Below are positions 1 through 13,986 of a stretch of 64,000 nucleotides of DNA, piece after piece. A program made the translations under genes and the position numbers. Position 1 is the stretch's first letter. Each line of letters opens with the position of its first letter. Below the pieces are notes generated by a model. It had not been told where the DNA came from and searched no databases. It saw nothing but the letters and a program-made list of their open reading frames with translations. Location of the stretch: NCBI RefSeq assembly GCF_009914755.1, contig NC_060944.1; one strand, 5' to 3'. The DNA comes from the human T2T-CHM13v2.0 reference genome, Homo sapiens.

Positions 1-2047
1 CTAAGTTGGCCAGGGTGGTTCTGAGCTCGCACAACCTAAAACAAGATCAGTTCCTCTTCAGGAAGGTCCTGACCACTTTGCAAAGAATAACAGGGTTTAT
101 CCCTTGCCCCTGATGCTAGGTGACTACATTTAAAAAAAAAAAAAAAGAAACTCTTCTCCGACTAAGAGGCCCACCAGAGAAAAATATTTCTGGAAACTAC
201 AACATTGAGAAAAAAGGATTTACCCTCCTCTATGTTAACTAGTTACTCAAGGGTTATCAAACCCTGACAGTATCTCTATCACTTAACGTATGTTGGGGCA
301 TAAAGGAAATCAGATGAGGATGCTGTAGTGAAACACACCATGGACTCCTGAGTCCTCACCTGTGTGTCAATGTTTTTCACCAGACACCCATCTGTCCTAA
401 AGCAGGCCACGTATGAATTAATATGTTAAGCATAACATTAGGTGAATGTGCATTGCAGGTTCAACTATAGCAGATACAATCTAATAAACAGAAAAGAAAC
501 TTTACAGGTCATTTTACAGCAAAAAAAAAAAAAAGGATTGGAAGATCAATACAGAAACAGAAAGCATGCTGACAGCAGACTGACCTTGAACATCCCCTCC
601 TCCCTCATGGACAGCAGGCAACAACAGCAAACCTAATTCAACAGAGTAGTGGTCCCTGGGCACCATAAGCCCCACGGGAAAAAAGATCATCATGTACATC
701 ACCACCCACAATGCCATGGTGGCAAGCACCATGGGACACAAGCACAGACAAACAGGAGGGACACAGCTCCACTTGGAAGAGAGTGAAGAGATGGCAGACA
801 CCTTCCCTAGAACACAGGTGGTATGTGATTTGGGCCTTAAAGGTTGAACAGAAATCCTCCACGTGGGAAGAGAGTGAGAATCTGGGAAAGGGAAAAAGAA
901 CATTCCAGATGAAGGGGCAAGCACAGCAAGGTACACTATCTGCCACCTTCAAGTGGTTCAGGGACACTGAGCCATTTCACACAAAGCCACCAAGCCCTGA
1001 GTAGCCACACCATAATCAGCTTTAAGTGGAAAAAGGGGAAAAAAATAAACACAATAAAACATACCTAATGAGATCCCTTTATTGGCCCAAACATAAGCAG
1101 AGCAGGAGCTGGAGGTAGAATGTTATGGCGTGTCTACCCCAGGCAAGCATTTTCACTCTCCAGCCATTCCCAGTATTTATGATTCTCCATTCAACATGTC
1201 ACCCTATCATTATAACTCTACATGATATATGCCACCCTGAGCCAGACCAATTATCCATACAATCCAATATTCTGTTTCTGACATACCACTAGGGGACACT
1301 GAACAAGGAACATGATAGACATGGTCCACTATGTCCACGTTTGACTCAAAATATTACAAGATTGGTTGATGGTGGCCAAGAAGTTTAAGCCTTATTTGCA
1401 AAATTTGTACTTAGAATGTAGAATGTATTCATGTAGAACTTATATCAATAAAAATTAATTTTTTAGAGGGTCACATTAGCCACTCTTCAATAAACAACTA
1501 AATCTTTGCAAGGCCTTAGGTGATTTGGGGGGAACTAGAATACACCACTCCCGTAATGTGTTATTTAAAGTAGTTTTGTTCTTCTCACTAACAGGCTTGT
1601 AAGTACTAATGCAGATTCCTGAATTGGGACTATTTCTAATAGCGAGACTAGACAAGCTTGATCCATCTAACAAATAAAGAACATTCTTGATTCTTCAACA
1701 GCTTTTGGTGGGAAGTGACCCCCGCACACCTCAGGTCCTTGTTAACTTAACTAAATTCAAACGGCAAGTTGTGCAAGCAAACTTTCTCTATATAAACGTC
1801 ATTCTCTAACAAGACCCACACTGATTTATTAGCTCTCATATGAGCAGATCCATCCAATGCATAATGTTTTATATTGCAAATCTTTGAGGGCTACTGATAG
1901 TTATTACTAGCACTATGCAATGGGCTGGCTGGAAAGACCAGCCTAATTCATGAGCAGCCATCCTTTCTATGCCATGCAGACATGGAAATTCCTCTTTGAT
2001 TTGTGGCTTTAATCATGGCTTCCAAAACCCATCATTATTTATGACTC

Positions 2048-2369
<322 letters not shown>

Positions 2370-2739
2370 GACTCTGACTTTTAAGTTGACAGTCAATGGG
2401 AAACAGGTTACCTGATAGGAAAGAACTCTGCAGCTCAAAGCAGTTCATATGCTCCATTTTAATGTTACCAATCTCCATTCTCCTGCCAACTCGCCCACTT
2501 GAGGGAGGGAGTTGAAGAAGATGAGGGTGGTAAAGTCTACACGGCGTTAATGAATGAATGAATGGAACAATATTACTTAAAAATGCAATGAGTTCTCTAG
2601 TCAGACTTGAGGTAGATGCAAAAGAAAAAAATGGTTGTAGAAGACAGTCAAAATCTTTGGGATGAGTATTGGGGTATAGGGTCCTCTATTTTCGTACTGT
2701 TCAAAATAGCTAAAACAATCAAGCAATGCTCTCAGACCA

Positions 2740-3460
<721 letters not shown>

Positions 3461-4519
3461 AAGGTTTTCAGAGTACATATAAATCATGCAAATCTGTGCT
3501 GGAATCTTCCATCCCTGACGAAAAGCCTCTTGAAGCCCTCCAGCTGCTTCTTGAAAGGCTGTGCTTTCTCCTGCTGGGCTGTGAGTCCCAAACGCAGTGA
3601 CCATTCCTCAAAGTGCCCAGTGCCTAGCCACAGCCTGCTGTATTCTTCGCCTTGGCTACCAGGCATGGGACACTTTGACCACTGAGCTACTGGATTCCAG
3701 ACCACACTGCCTCAACTTCCAAAACCTTCTCAATTAACTCCAATCTGGCTTCCACTTCTTGGCTGTGCTGAACTACTCACTGAGGTGAGTGAAGACGCCC
3801 TAACTGCCAAACTCCATGGCCTGTCTTCAATCCTCATCTTACCTGACCCTTCCGGGGCAAGTGACATAAATAAATGATTATCCAATCAAAACCCTGGCTC
3901 CAAGGGTCTCCTGGTTTCTTAACTCCATGGCTAATTTCTAGAAGCCTCTGCTGCCCAGGGTGTACCCCTTCGCCTTCTTCTCCAACATTCCCTCTCATCC
4001 TGCTCCCTCTCATCCTGCTCCAGCTACCACTCACCACTAATGACTTTCACATCTCCTCTCCAGTCCTAACTGTGCTCCAGAACCCTACAAGGGGGCTTTC
4101 TGGTGTCCTCAACAATGCCACCAGGATCTGTGTCATTGCTTCTCATGTGCTGTCCAGTGCCATTCACTATGTTAGACCACAGGGACCCAAAGAAGGATAA
4201 GACCCATTCTAATGGTCAATGCTATTAGTAAATTAGCAAATGCTGCCACAGGAAAATACAGGGCTCAGGAAACACAAAGAAGGAGTGTCTAGCCCAGTCT
4301 GGGTAGAAGGGAATGGAGGTGTCAGAAAAGTTCTCCACGAGACCCTGTCTCTGAGTTGACCCTTCCCTCACCACTGGAACTATCTGTCAACCCTATTCCC
4401 CACTCCCGGGCTCATCTCCTTGATTGAGACCCCACTCCCCTCGCCTGAACCACGGGAACACACTGGGGACCCCACCCCAGCTTTTCCTCCACCAGTCTTT
4501 CCTTTCTTTAAAGCACAGA

Positions 4520-5061
4520 GCAGCTCTAGTCACTCCCTGGTTCAGATTCTCCAGTGGTTCCCATGACTCCATGGATAAAAGGCCAACACTTTACCTTACA
4601 ATGGACTTAAGGGCTATGTATGGCCTGGCCCCCACCTCCTCCTCTCACCTCCTGTGTCTGTTATTCACTGTTCCAGACACACAGGCCTTCCTGCTAGTCC
4701 TTGACAAGGAAGAGCTGTATGCAGGAGGCTTTCTCTGGCTCTTCATGCGAGTATCTCCAGCGTGTTACTCAAATCTCAACTCAGAAGCACCTCTCAGGGC
4801 TCCGGAGATGCCTTCTCTGGCCACTTGACGTTAGCAGCACCTGTATGCATGCAACCACACTGTGCTGGCACCTTCAGTCACACTCACCTGCTATATGCCC
4901 TTCTGCTTACCTCTTTAGTGTCTTGTTTCTGCTGCTGAACTGAAAGCTTCATATAAGCAAAAACTGGGTTCGTTTTATTCACTTCTGTGTCCACAATGCC
5001 TAACATAGTGCCTGAGACTTAATAGGCCCTTAATAAATATCAGTTGAATGAATGAATGAAT
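4520..5061 (+). mobile_element. L2 3' fragment ending in (GAAT)n
   Basis: cctaacatagtgcctg...aataaatat...gaatgaatgaat L2 terminus. Confidence 0.6.
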
Positions 5062-5084
5062 ATAACAGTGAATGACGAGTCCTC

Positions 5085-5310
5085 CAAAGGATAGTGGTTA
5101 AGATAAATTCTGCAGCCTGACTTCCTGGTTTAAATTCCACCCGTCACTTACTAGCTGTGTTACTTTGGGCAAGTTACTTAGCCTTTCTGTGCCCGCTGTG
5201 AGACTTGCAATAATAAAATGGGATTAAAAACACCCAGCCCGTGGGCTTTTGTTACAACAATAATGTGTCACAGCAGAGCTTGACATGCTCTTAGTCCTAA
5301 GTAAGCAGCA
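5085..5310 (+). mobile_element. MIR
   Basis: core cacttactagctgtgttactttgggcaagttactta. Confidence 0.75.
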
Positions 5311-5416
5311 GTGTTTGTACCACTGCTTGGGTTGCATTCCTAAGACAGAAACCCGACCACAATGCTTAGGGACGCCCTACTGCCTCCCAGGTTAAGCCTA
5401 AACCCTGGGCTGGTAA

Positions 5417-6061
<645 letters not shown>

Positions 6062-6677
6062 TGAGCCCCAGGCTTCCCCACAACTCTATCCCCAACGCTT
6101 TTGGGAAGGCTGATACCTTGGAAGACGTGGAGAAACACATTATGTGCATGAATGACTTTCCAAGCATGGAAACTAATACCTGCCCTCACCTCTTATTTTT
6201 TTCCCATCAGGGTTAAACTATTTGGTATTTTCAAGGTCAAAACTACTTTCCCTTTTGTTAGCTAGGTTTTGTTGCAAAATTTGTTTACAAGAGCTTATTT
6301 TGTGATGAAGAAAGCCATTTAAAACTCTTCTTTTTAAACAGAGACAACTTGTGGGAATTGCTGATGTTCATCTGTTTGCCTCACAGGAAATAGAAAATAC
6401 AGAGCAACTAAAGTAGAATGCATTACAACAACGGCAAGGGAAGCAAGGTGGATCCGCTTCCACCACTCTGACTCTTTTGTTCCTTGCCATTCTCATACAC
6501 AAATGGGAAAAATGAGACATGAAGCTTGAGCAGCTTCTCAAGGGTTATTCAACAGAGGTTTTTCAACAAAGCTCAGCTCTTCTAACTAAACCTAGTGGGA
6601 AAGATACTGATCCGGCTGGCTCAACTAATCCACAGACCTAGGGGCTCTAATGGAATAAAATCAACTCTGAGCTAGAG

Positions 6678-6880
6678 AAGGAGTCAGCAAACCACCTTCC
6701 CTAGGCCAAATTCAGCCCACCACTTGTATTTGTAAATAAAGTTTTATTAGGACACACCCATGCCTACTCATTTATGTGCTATTTATGGCTGCTTTCAGGC
6801 TACAATAGCAGACCAGAGACCTTCTAGCCAGCAAGCCCTAAAATATCTGATCCTTTCCAGAAAAAAACTGCCAATCTCTG
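6678..6880 (+). mobile_element. MER58A-like hAT-Charlie MITE
   Basis: tttgtaaataaagttttatt core; ctagag/ttagag flanks. Confidence 0.75.
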
Positions 6881-6997
6881 ACTTAGAGAATACTTTGATC
6901 TCTGGGTTTTGTTCCATTTTCCAAGTATTAGATATTGCTGTTCAAATTATTTCAGTTGACAGGGAGATTTTTATTTTAAAAAACTGAAAATCTTTGG

Positions 6998-7103
6998 TTC
7001 AAGTATATATCATAGTTCAGAGAAAAAGTTCAATGGTTTGGTTTAGGATTGATTCAAGCGTATATCATAGTTCAGAGAGAAAGTTCAATGGTTTGGTTTA
7101 GGA
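6998..7103. repeat. 55-bp-period tandem duplication (2 copies)
   Basis: ttcaag..tatatcatagttcagaga.aaagttcaatggtttggtttagga at 6998 and 7053. Confidence 0.92.
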
Positions 7104-7969
7104 CTCAGATTAATATCGTTCCTCTGCTTTGGGGGCTTGGTTGTTGTCCTTGAGGAGATTTTTACAAACATAGAACAAAGTGGGCAGATGACATGGAATG
7201 CTTTTTGCTCTGGAAAATGTCTTTTATTCCAGGTTGAACATATATTGCTCCTTCTAGCATTAAGATTCCAAGATTCTCTCTATATTCCATTGGCTTAGCT
7301 AATCCCGTTTTCACCAAAGGTCCAGATATCATTTGTTAGAACCTGGCTTTTCCCACAAATAGAAGTATATCGTCTTCCAAGCTCTTTCACAGATAGCTCT
7401 TGCAAGCTAAATATTTGAAAAGAAATACACTGCCCCCCAAACACTAACGTATTTTATGAGTCAGTCTTTTGAAGCTAAATGTATCTTACAAGAACTCCGC
7501 AGTGACTTCAGAATTGGAATCCAGCCTTCCAACTCTTCCTATAGATGTTTGATCATGTGACACTTTCATCTCACTCCTTTAAACCTTTTACTATGGAAAT
7601 TTTCAAACATATACAAAAATAGAGACTAGTCCCCAGTAACCAACTTCAACAAGTATCAACATTCTGCCATTTATCTTTCCATCTATCCCTCTCCTGACCT
7701 TTTATTTACTGTTTGTTGCAGTATTTGACAGCGGACTTCACACATCAAATGATTTCACCCACGAATGCTTGTTTCTGTTAGATGAGGCCCTTTTCCTTTG
7801 AACAAAACCATGACACTATTATCACACCCAACAAAATAATTATTAATATTATCTAATACCCAGTCCAACTCAATTTTCCCTGTCTCAATAATGTATTTTT
7901 ATAGTTGATTTGTTCAACTAAAGATCCAAATATGACCACATATTGTCTTATGTTGATAGGTCTCTTAGG

Positions 7970-8058
7970 TCTCTTTACATTTGCAATAGGCTCCCCTCAT
8001 TTTTTATTCACCAGCTCTCTTTACATTTGCAATAGGCGCCCCTCATTTTTTACTCACC
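7970..8058. repeat. 46-bp-period tandem duplication (2 copies)
   Basis: tctctttacatttgcaataggc.cccctcatttttta.tcacc at 7970 and 8016. Confidence 0.92.
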
Positions 8059-8690
8059 CATCCCTGACACACATTTAAATTCTAATTGGCCAAGCAAACC
8101 TTATCAACAATAACACCTCTTCAGCCTCCATATGCTATAAGCAAAACTAGACATTCATAGGCCTGCAGCTGCTTAGGCATAGACATACAGCTCCACCTTC
8201 CATGTGTAATTCAACATGGAAACCAATATGTCAGGCCATCCCACACACTTTCCGCTTTCAAGAGAAGAAATTTAGATTGCTTCAGCAAGCCAATTCTCTG
8301 AAATGAAATCTCTTCTGTGCTGCAATGGCCTGAAGACTCTGAATGATTTAAAAAACAAGACATCCATTCATTATGGCTCCCTTTTGAAATTAGCCAAACA
8401 TAATCAAGAATCACAAAGTAAATCAGACAAAAGCCTCATAATTCGTTATCATTAACATTAACAACATTAATTGAGCACCTAGATCATGCGAGACATTGGA
8501 TTATAGAAAGGATGGCCTGTGTCCCTACCCCAAGGGACCTACAGTCTAAATAGGCATCGCATCATTTAGACACAAATGCCCCAGGAGGACAACAGTCACA
8601 GTACCACCCAAACTGACATCCATCTCCTATCCCCTAGGTTAAGAATATTTATGAGATTGATCCATGTGGTGGAATAAAAAGAAAAGAGCA

Positions 8691-9150
<460 letters not shown>

Positions 9151-9789
9151 AAAAATCCAGCAAAGATGATGATGATGATAAAATCACTGAATACTTTACA
9201 AAGCACTAGACTAGAATGTTTTCTGGCTATCCATCTAACCCTCACACCAGTCCTATGAAGCAGCTCCCATTCTCATGCCATTTTCCAAAGAATTGAACAG
9301 AATGGATGAGTGGTCCACCCAACGTAACACAGCTACAGGTGTGAGAGAGCCAGGATGTAGAGGATAAAACTTCAGGGTTCTTTCTGCCAATAATGGTATG
9401 AAAATACCTCCCAATACTACCATGGGGAGGTGTAGGGGTAGAAGCAGGGCGACACGAAAGAGCATGCCCTCCCGTACAGATCAATTATGTTATAAACTCC
9501 TAAGGTACAGCACTCCACAGCTCCTACCCTTGCCCAAACAGGAAGCCCCCAAGAGGCTGCCAGGGTTGTCCTACCCAAGGTGTGGTTAAGTTCAGAGCCA
9601 TAACGGTGGTTTCCTTCCTCATTGGGGCAAGTCTTCAGCTGTCTGCTGAAGAGTACTTAAGTCTTTATAATCACAAGTCTCAAACACCTAACATTTGTTC
9701 AAATATTTGTCCAAAGTAAGATCATAATTTTTTCCTATATAATTCCTTACTTCCTTTTTTGTACATACATAGGTGAAAAAGGACTGAAG

Positions 9790-10061
9790 GAGGGGAGCCG
9801 TCAGAAAAGAGGTGCAACTACCCTGTGGCCACTATACTGTGAGAAGGCTGACCTAGCCAAGTGGAAAGGGCACCTCGCGGAGAACTGAAGTCCTGGCCAA
9901 CAGCCAGGACCTATGCCACCCACATAAGTGACATCATTTCGGACTTCCCCAACTGAAACCACATTAAGCAGAAGCACCACCCAGTCTACTCACAGATTTG
10001 TGGGAAATCAAATGCTGTTGGTTTAAGCCATTGAGTTTTGGGGTGGTTAGATAACTGAAGC
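9790..10061 (+). mobile_element. MLT1 (ERVL-MaLR) solo LTR fragment
   Basis: 3' end gtttaagccattgagttttggggtggtt..agataactga. Confidence 0.65.
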
Positions 10062-10259
10062 AGCTAGAAAATAGCTTTCCAGTCAGACCAAATACCACAT
10101 CTATGAATGACAAGCACCATCATGGCAACTAAACATTGTTTATCCGTTGTATCAACGGAAATGACACAACTCCTTCAATCTGAGCATGCCCATCGGCTGA
10201 AACATTCAGCTGGGTAAACCTGGATCTATACTGTACCAGGCTCAACAGTGTTAAATAAC

Positions 10260-10530
10260 TACTAATAATGATCACATGAATAACGGTAACAGCAGCCATT
10301 ATTTACCAACTGTTTATTACATACTAGGCATTGTGCTAAATCCTTTATTCATTTAATCCCTTATAAAAGCCTTTTGAGGTGGGCCACTATAATGCCCATT
10401 TTACTGATGAGGTCGCTGAGGCACAGAGTGGTACAGCGACTTGCCTGGGATCACACTGACAGTAAACAGTGATACGGGATTTCACTCTTGGCCATCTGAT
10501 TCCACAGACACCGGGCTCTTAACTATCAGC
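10260..10530 (-). mobile_element. MIR
   Basis: cccattttactgatgagg..ctgaggcacagag..gacttgcc..gatcacac. Confidence 0.75.
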
Positions 10531-10580
10531 TTGCTTTACCCCTTCAAAAGTGTTATGCTACTTTAACAAAACTGCCCCTT

Positions 10581-10868
<288 letters not shown>

Positions 10869-10913
10869 GAAACTGCGCCTTCTGAGTTAATGTGTGTAAA
10901 GAGTTTAAGACTG

Positions 10914-11217
<304 letters not shown>

Positions 11218-12209
11218 GAGTTTAACGCTGTCTGGTCCATGGTAAGTTTTCAGTAAACACCAACTCTTACTATTAGGAAACCTGAAGATGTGGAATGAAA
11301 GATGAGAGGAAGTACTGTATATGACTGGCGTACAGTACGCCCCCAATTAATGTTAGCTATTTGGATGATTTATATAGGGCTTCTTCACCAGCAAGCACTC
11401 CGGTGCTCGGTAATTTTCTGTTTACAAGTAGGCTCTCCCCACACCCTGTGAGCTCCCTGCGTGTAGAGCTGTTTTCAACACATCCTTGCAGGTTCGGAGC
11501 CCAACACGTGGCCCCCAGAGCAAATAGCTGCTCAGTAAGTTTCTTGACAGGAGAGAAAACGCTTCCTTCCTTCACCAGAAATGCGAACTTGGATTTCTAA
11601 GATGACACCTCCCCCAGCTACCAGCCCTTAACATGATTCCAAAAAAGAGGGCAAGAAGGGACAAGGGTCCCACCCAAGAAATGCGGGGGCCAATGGGCTC
11701 CATGGGATAAGAGATGGAGCCGGGCTTGTGGCCAGGACACTTGAGAAGTCCGTGCAACTCCGTGGCCGGCCACACCGAGAGGGGGACCTCCCAAACCCCC
11801 CAGCAGTCCTAAAAAGTCCCTAGGAAAAGGGCAAGGCCCTGAGAGGGAAGTCACCCACCTCCCAGGTGGCGGACCCCCCGCCCGCCCAGGGTCGACTAGG
11901 ACTTGGGACTACCCCTTCCGCCCATCCCACGGCAGCTGCAGGCGCAGGAAGAAAAGAAGTGACAGGGAGTCCAAAGTTTCCCCAACAACAAAAATCCTTC
12001 CCCCGAGGGAAGGGAAGGGCTCCCACCCTCAGCCCGCCCCGCCCAGGGAGGAGGGACCGCCACCAGTGGATCTAGGCAGTTGGGGGTCCCGCTGTTCTGG
12101 TCCCGACAAGGAGGGCCTGGCTTGAGGTTCCCCCGCCCCGCGCTTCGTGCACTCTGAATTCTTTGAGAGGGTCCCAGGGAGGGACAGGGGTGCCCCAACT
12201 CTTACTTAC

Positions 12210-12254
12210 AGTCGTCTAAGTCATCCTGCAAGTCCACAAAGTACAGGGGGATCT
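12210..12254 (-). pseudogene. PPP4R1L: PPP4R1L exon 2 (EIPLYFVDLQDDLDD)
   Basis: acceptor ttcttggttttcag|AG, donor T|gtaagt; spliced peptide MAEIPLYFVDLQDDLDD resembles the PPP4R1 N-terminus (MADLSLLQEDLQEDADG) and the PPP4R1L start as I recall it; no later exon found in 1-12200. Confidence 0.82.
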
Positions 12255-12402
12255 CTGAAAACCAAGAAACACACAAGAAGTTACCAGGGGGCTGCGGCGA
12301 GAGGGGACGGGGTCGGGCAGGGGCCCCTCGGCCTCGCGGGGTGGTCACGGGGCGAGAGAGAGAGGGGCACCCCTGGCATCCCCCGAGCCCAGCCCCACTC
12401 AC

Positions 12403-12409
12403 CCGCCAT
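12403..12409 (-). pseudogene. PPP4R1L: PPP4R1L exon 1 coding part (ATG GCG G)
   Basis: minus strand reads caagATGGCGG|gtgagt: strong Kozak context and canonical donor; splices in frame to the 45-nt exon below. Confidence 0.8.
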
Positions 12410-12437
12410 CTTGGGATGGGCATGGAGGCGGGACCGG

Positions 12438-12570
12438 CAGGGGCGGGGCCCTGCAGACAGGGGCGGGGCCCTGCAGACAGGGGCGGGGCCCTGCAGACAG
12501 GGGCGGGGCCCTGCAGACAGGGGCGGGGCCCTGCAGACAGGGGCGGGGCCCTGCAGACAGGGGCGGGGCC
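12438..12570. repeat. 20-bp minisatellite (GGGCGGGGCCCTGCAGACAG) x ~6.5
   Basis: six perfect units at 12441-12560 plus a half unit; seven GGGGCGGGGC Sp/KLF boxes. Confidence 0.98.
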
Positions 12571-12675
12571 GTCGGCTTCGGGCCCCGCCCCCGATCCGCG
12601 CCGGCCGGCCGGCCCCGCCCTCTCAGCGAAGGTGGCTGCCGAGGTGGGCGGGGAGGTCAGGTGACGCGGCCGGCG

Positions 12676-12690
12676 TCCCAAGATGGCGGC
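12676..12690 (+). promoter_or_regulatory. YY1 consensus site (CAAGATGGCGGC)
   Basis: exact match to the YY1 consensus, near the inferred RAB22A TSS. Confidence 0.7.
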
Positions 12691-12733
12691 GGCGGCGGCT
12701 CCCGGAAGGCCGCGGCGGCGTCCCGGCTGCTAA
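12683..12733 (+). other. RAB22A uORF1 (MAAAAAPGRPRRRPGC*)
   Basis: aagATGG (-3 A, +4 G), stop TAA at 12731-12733; requires the TSS to lie upstream of 12683. Confidence 0.55.
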
Positions 12734-12846
12734 GGCGGGCCCCACGCGGCTGGCAGCGGACAGGCCGGACCTACGGCCGGAGGACGGGCGGCAGCCGCCT
12801 CTGCGCGGACCGGGGCTGGGCCGTGCGGCGGCAGCGGCGCCAGGGG

Positions 12847-12885
12847 ATGCTCTTGCTGGGCCTGGCCTCTCCCTTCTCAACTTAG
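12847..12885 (+). other. RAB22A uORF2 (MLLLGLASPFST*)
   Basis: gggATGc; stop TAG ends 35 nt before the main ATG. Confidence 0.55.
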
Positions 12886-12920
12886 GGCGGCGGCGGGCCC
12901 GCGCCCCTGGCTCCCGGGCC

Positions 12921-12956
12921 ATGGCGCTGAGGGAGCTCAAAGTGTGTCTGCTCGGG
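12921..12956 (+). CDS. RAB22A: RAB22A coding exon 1 (MALRELKVCLLG)
   Basis: gccATGG strong Kozak context; translation matches the Rab22a N-terminus; donor GGG|gtgagt at 12957. Confidence 0.98.
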
Positions 12957-13986
12957 GTGAGTGGCGGCGGGTCCGGCCGGGAGGGCCACGGGAGGCTGGG
13001 CTGGCGGGGACCCCGGATCCCCCCTGTCCCCTCATCCCTTCCCCCCTCCCACGTCCAAGACGCTGTCTGCCAGCCCCGTGGACCCTCCCTCCAGCTCGGG
13101 AGCCGTCCCGCCCACCTCTTGCACTCTCGAAAAGGTCCTGGAGGCCGAAGGGACCCTTCCCCTTCCCCTCCCTGGAGCCCGTGGACTCTTCCCGCCCCAC
13201 AAAGAGCAAACAGCCCCCCCTTGCCTCTCTATTGCATCTGGGTTAAGAGAGGTTCTTAAATAGTTTTCTCCCAACTTACCAAGGTATTAGTTGGGAGTTG
13301 GCCAAGTCTTCCAAAGTAAAACCAATAACAGGTCTTTAGGTTTTACAAGCAGCATTAGCCTACTTTGTCTCTTGGGTGTTTTTGAACTTGTGGGATACCC
13401 CTGCCACTTGTCCAAAGAGTTACTTTGCCAAGTAACTCTTCCTGTGGAGAAAAGGGGTGTTCAAATCAGGAAGCCCCAAAGACTAGTTTGAAGCTTCAGC
13501 TTCCTGTCTTGTCAGGAAAGACAAGGTGTTGGCCATTTCAAAGCCTTCTTTCTGAAATTGATGCTGTCATTCCAGAGTTTCTGCCTTAAAGATCGGCAGG
13601 AACTCCAATAACTAATCTTTATTCCCCCAAATAGGGTGGGGCTAGGATTCATCAGGGATTACTCAGAGGTAACTCAGGAGTTCAAAGTTTACTAACATAT
13701 GTTAAAAAGCAAGTGGACTTGTTACTTTTTACACGAAGCAGAAACTTTGGGTCTCTCAAAAGGTCCTAATCTGTCTTAACGGCAAAAACCTCTCCCTTTT
13801 AGTACAGTTGGAATTTCCTAATTACTCTACTGAATTTTTATGACAACCGCTTTTGTGTTCCTCCGTTTATAAAATTTACACGTCTAGGGTGATTTTTCTA
13901 AAATCCTGAACTTATGCCACAAAGTAGTTTTTGGTGTCTGCCAAAAGGTGAACTTTTTCTCAGTCCCTCATCTCGTTCTCTTTCAG

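Larger units (their letters stand above)
11750..13200. promoter_or_regulatory. CpG island / TATA-less bidirectional promoter of RAB22A and PPP4R1L
   Basis: very GC- and CpG-rich with many GGGCGG boxes; the two divergent ATGs are 512 bp apart. Confidence 0.92.

Noticed and set aside
10143-10159. Hairpin tccgttg-tat-caacgga
   Set aside because: A 7-bp stem is expected by chance in 64 kb.
12438-12570. Regular repeat as a CRISPR-like array
   Set aside because: The units are contiguous and identical with no unique spacers and no cas genes; this is a eukaryotic minisatellite.
12656-12665. GTCAGGTGAC resembling the TFEB CLEAR element
   Set aside because: The single mismatch destroys the CACGTG core, so it cannot be called without ChIP data.
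12147-13259. 370-aa ORF spanning the promoter
   Set aside because: GTG start in GC-rich CpG-island and minisatellite sequence. Only MALRELKVCLLG is real (RAB22A exon 1); the rest runs through the VNTR and intron 1.
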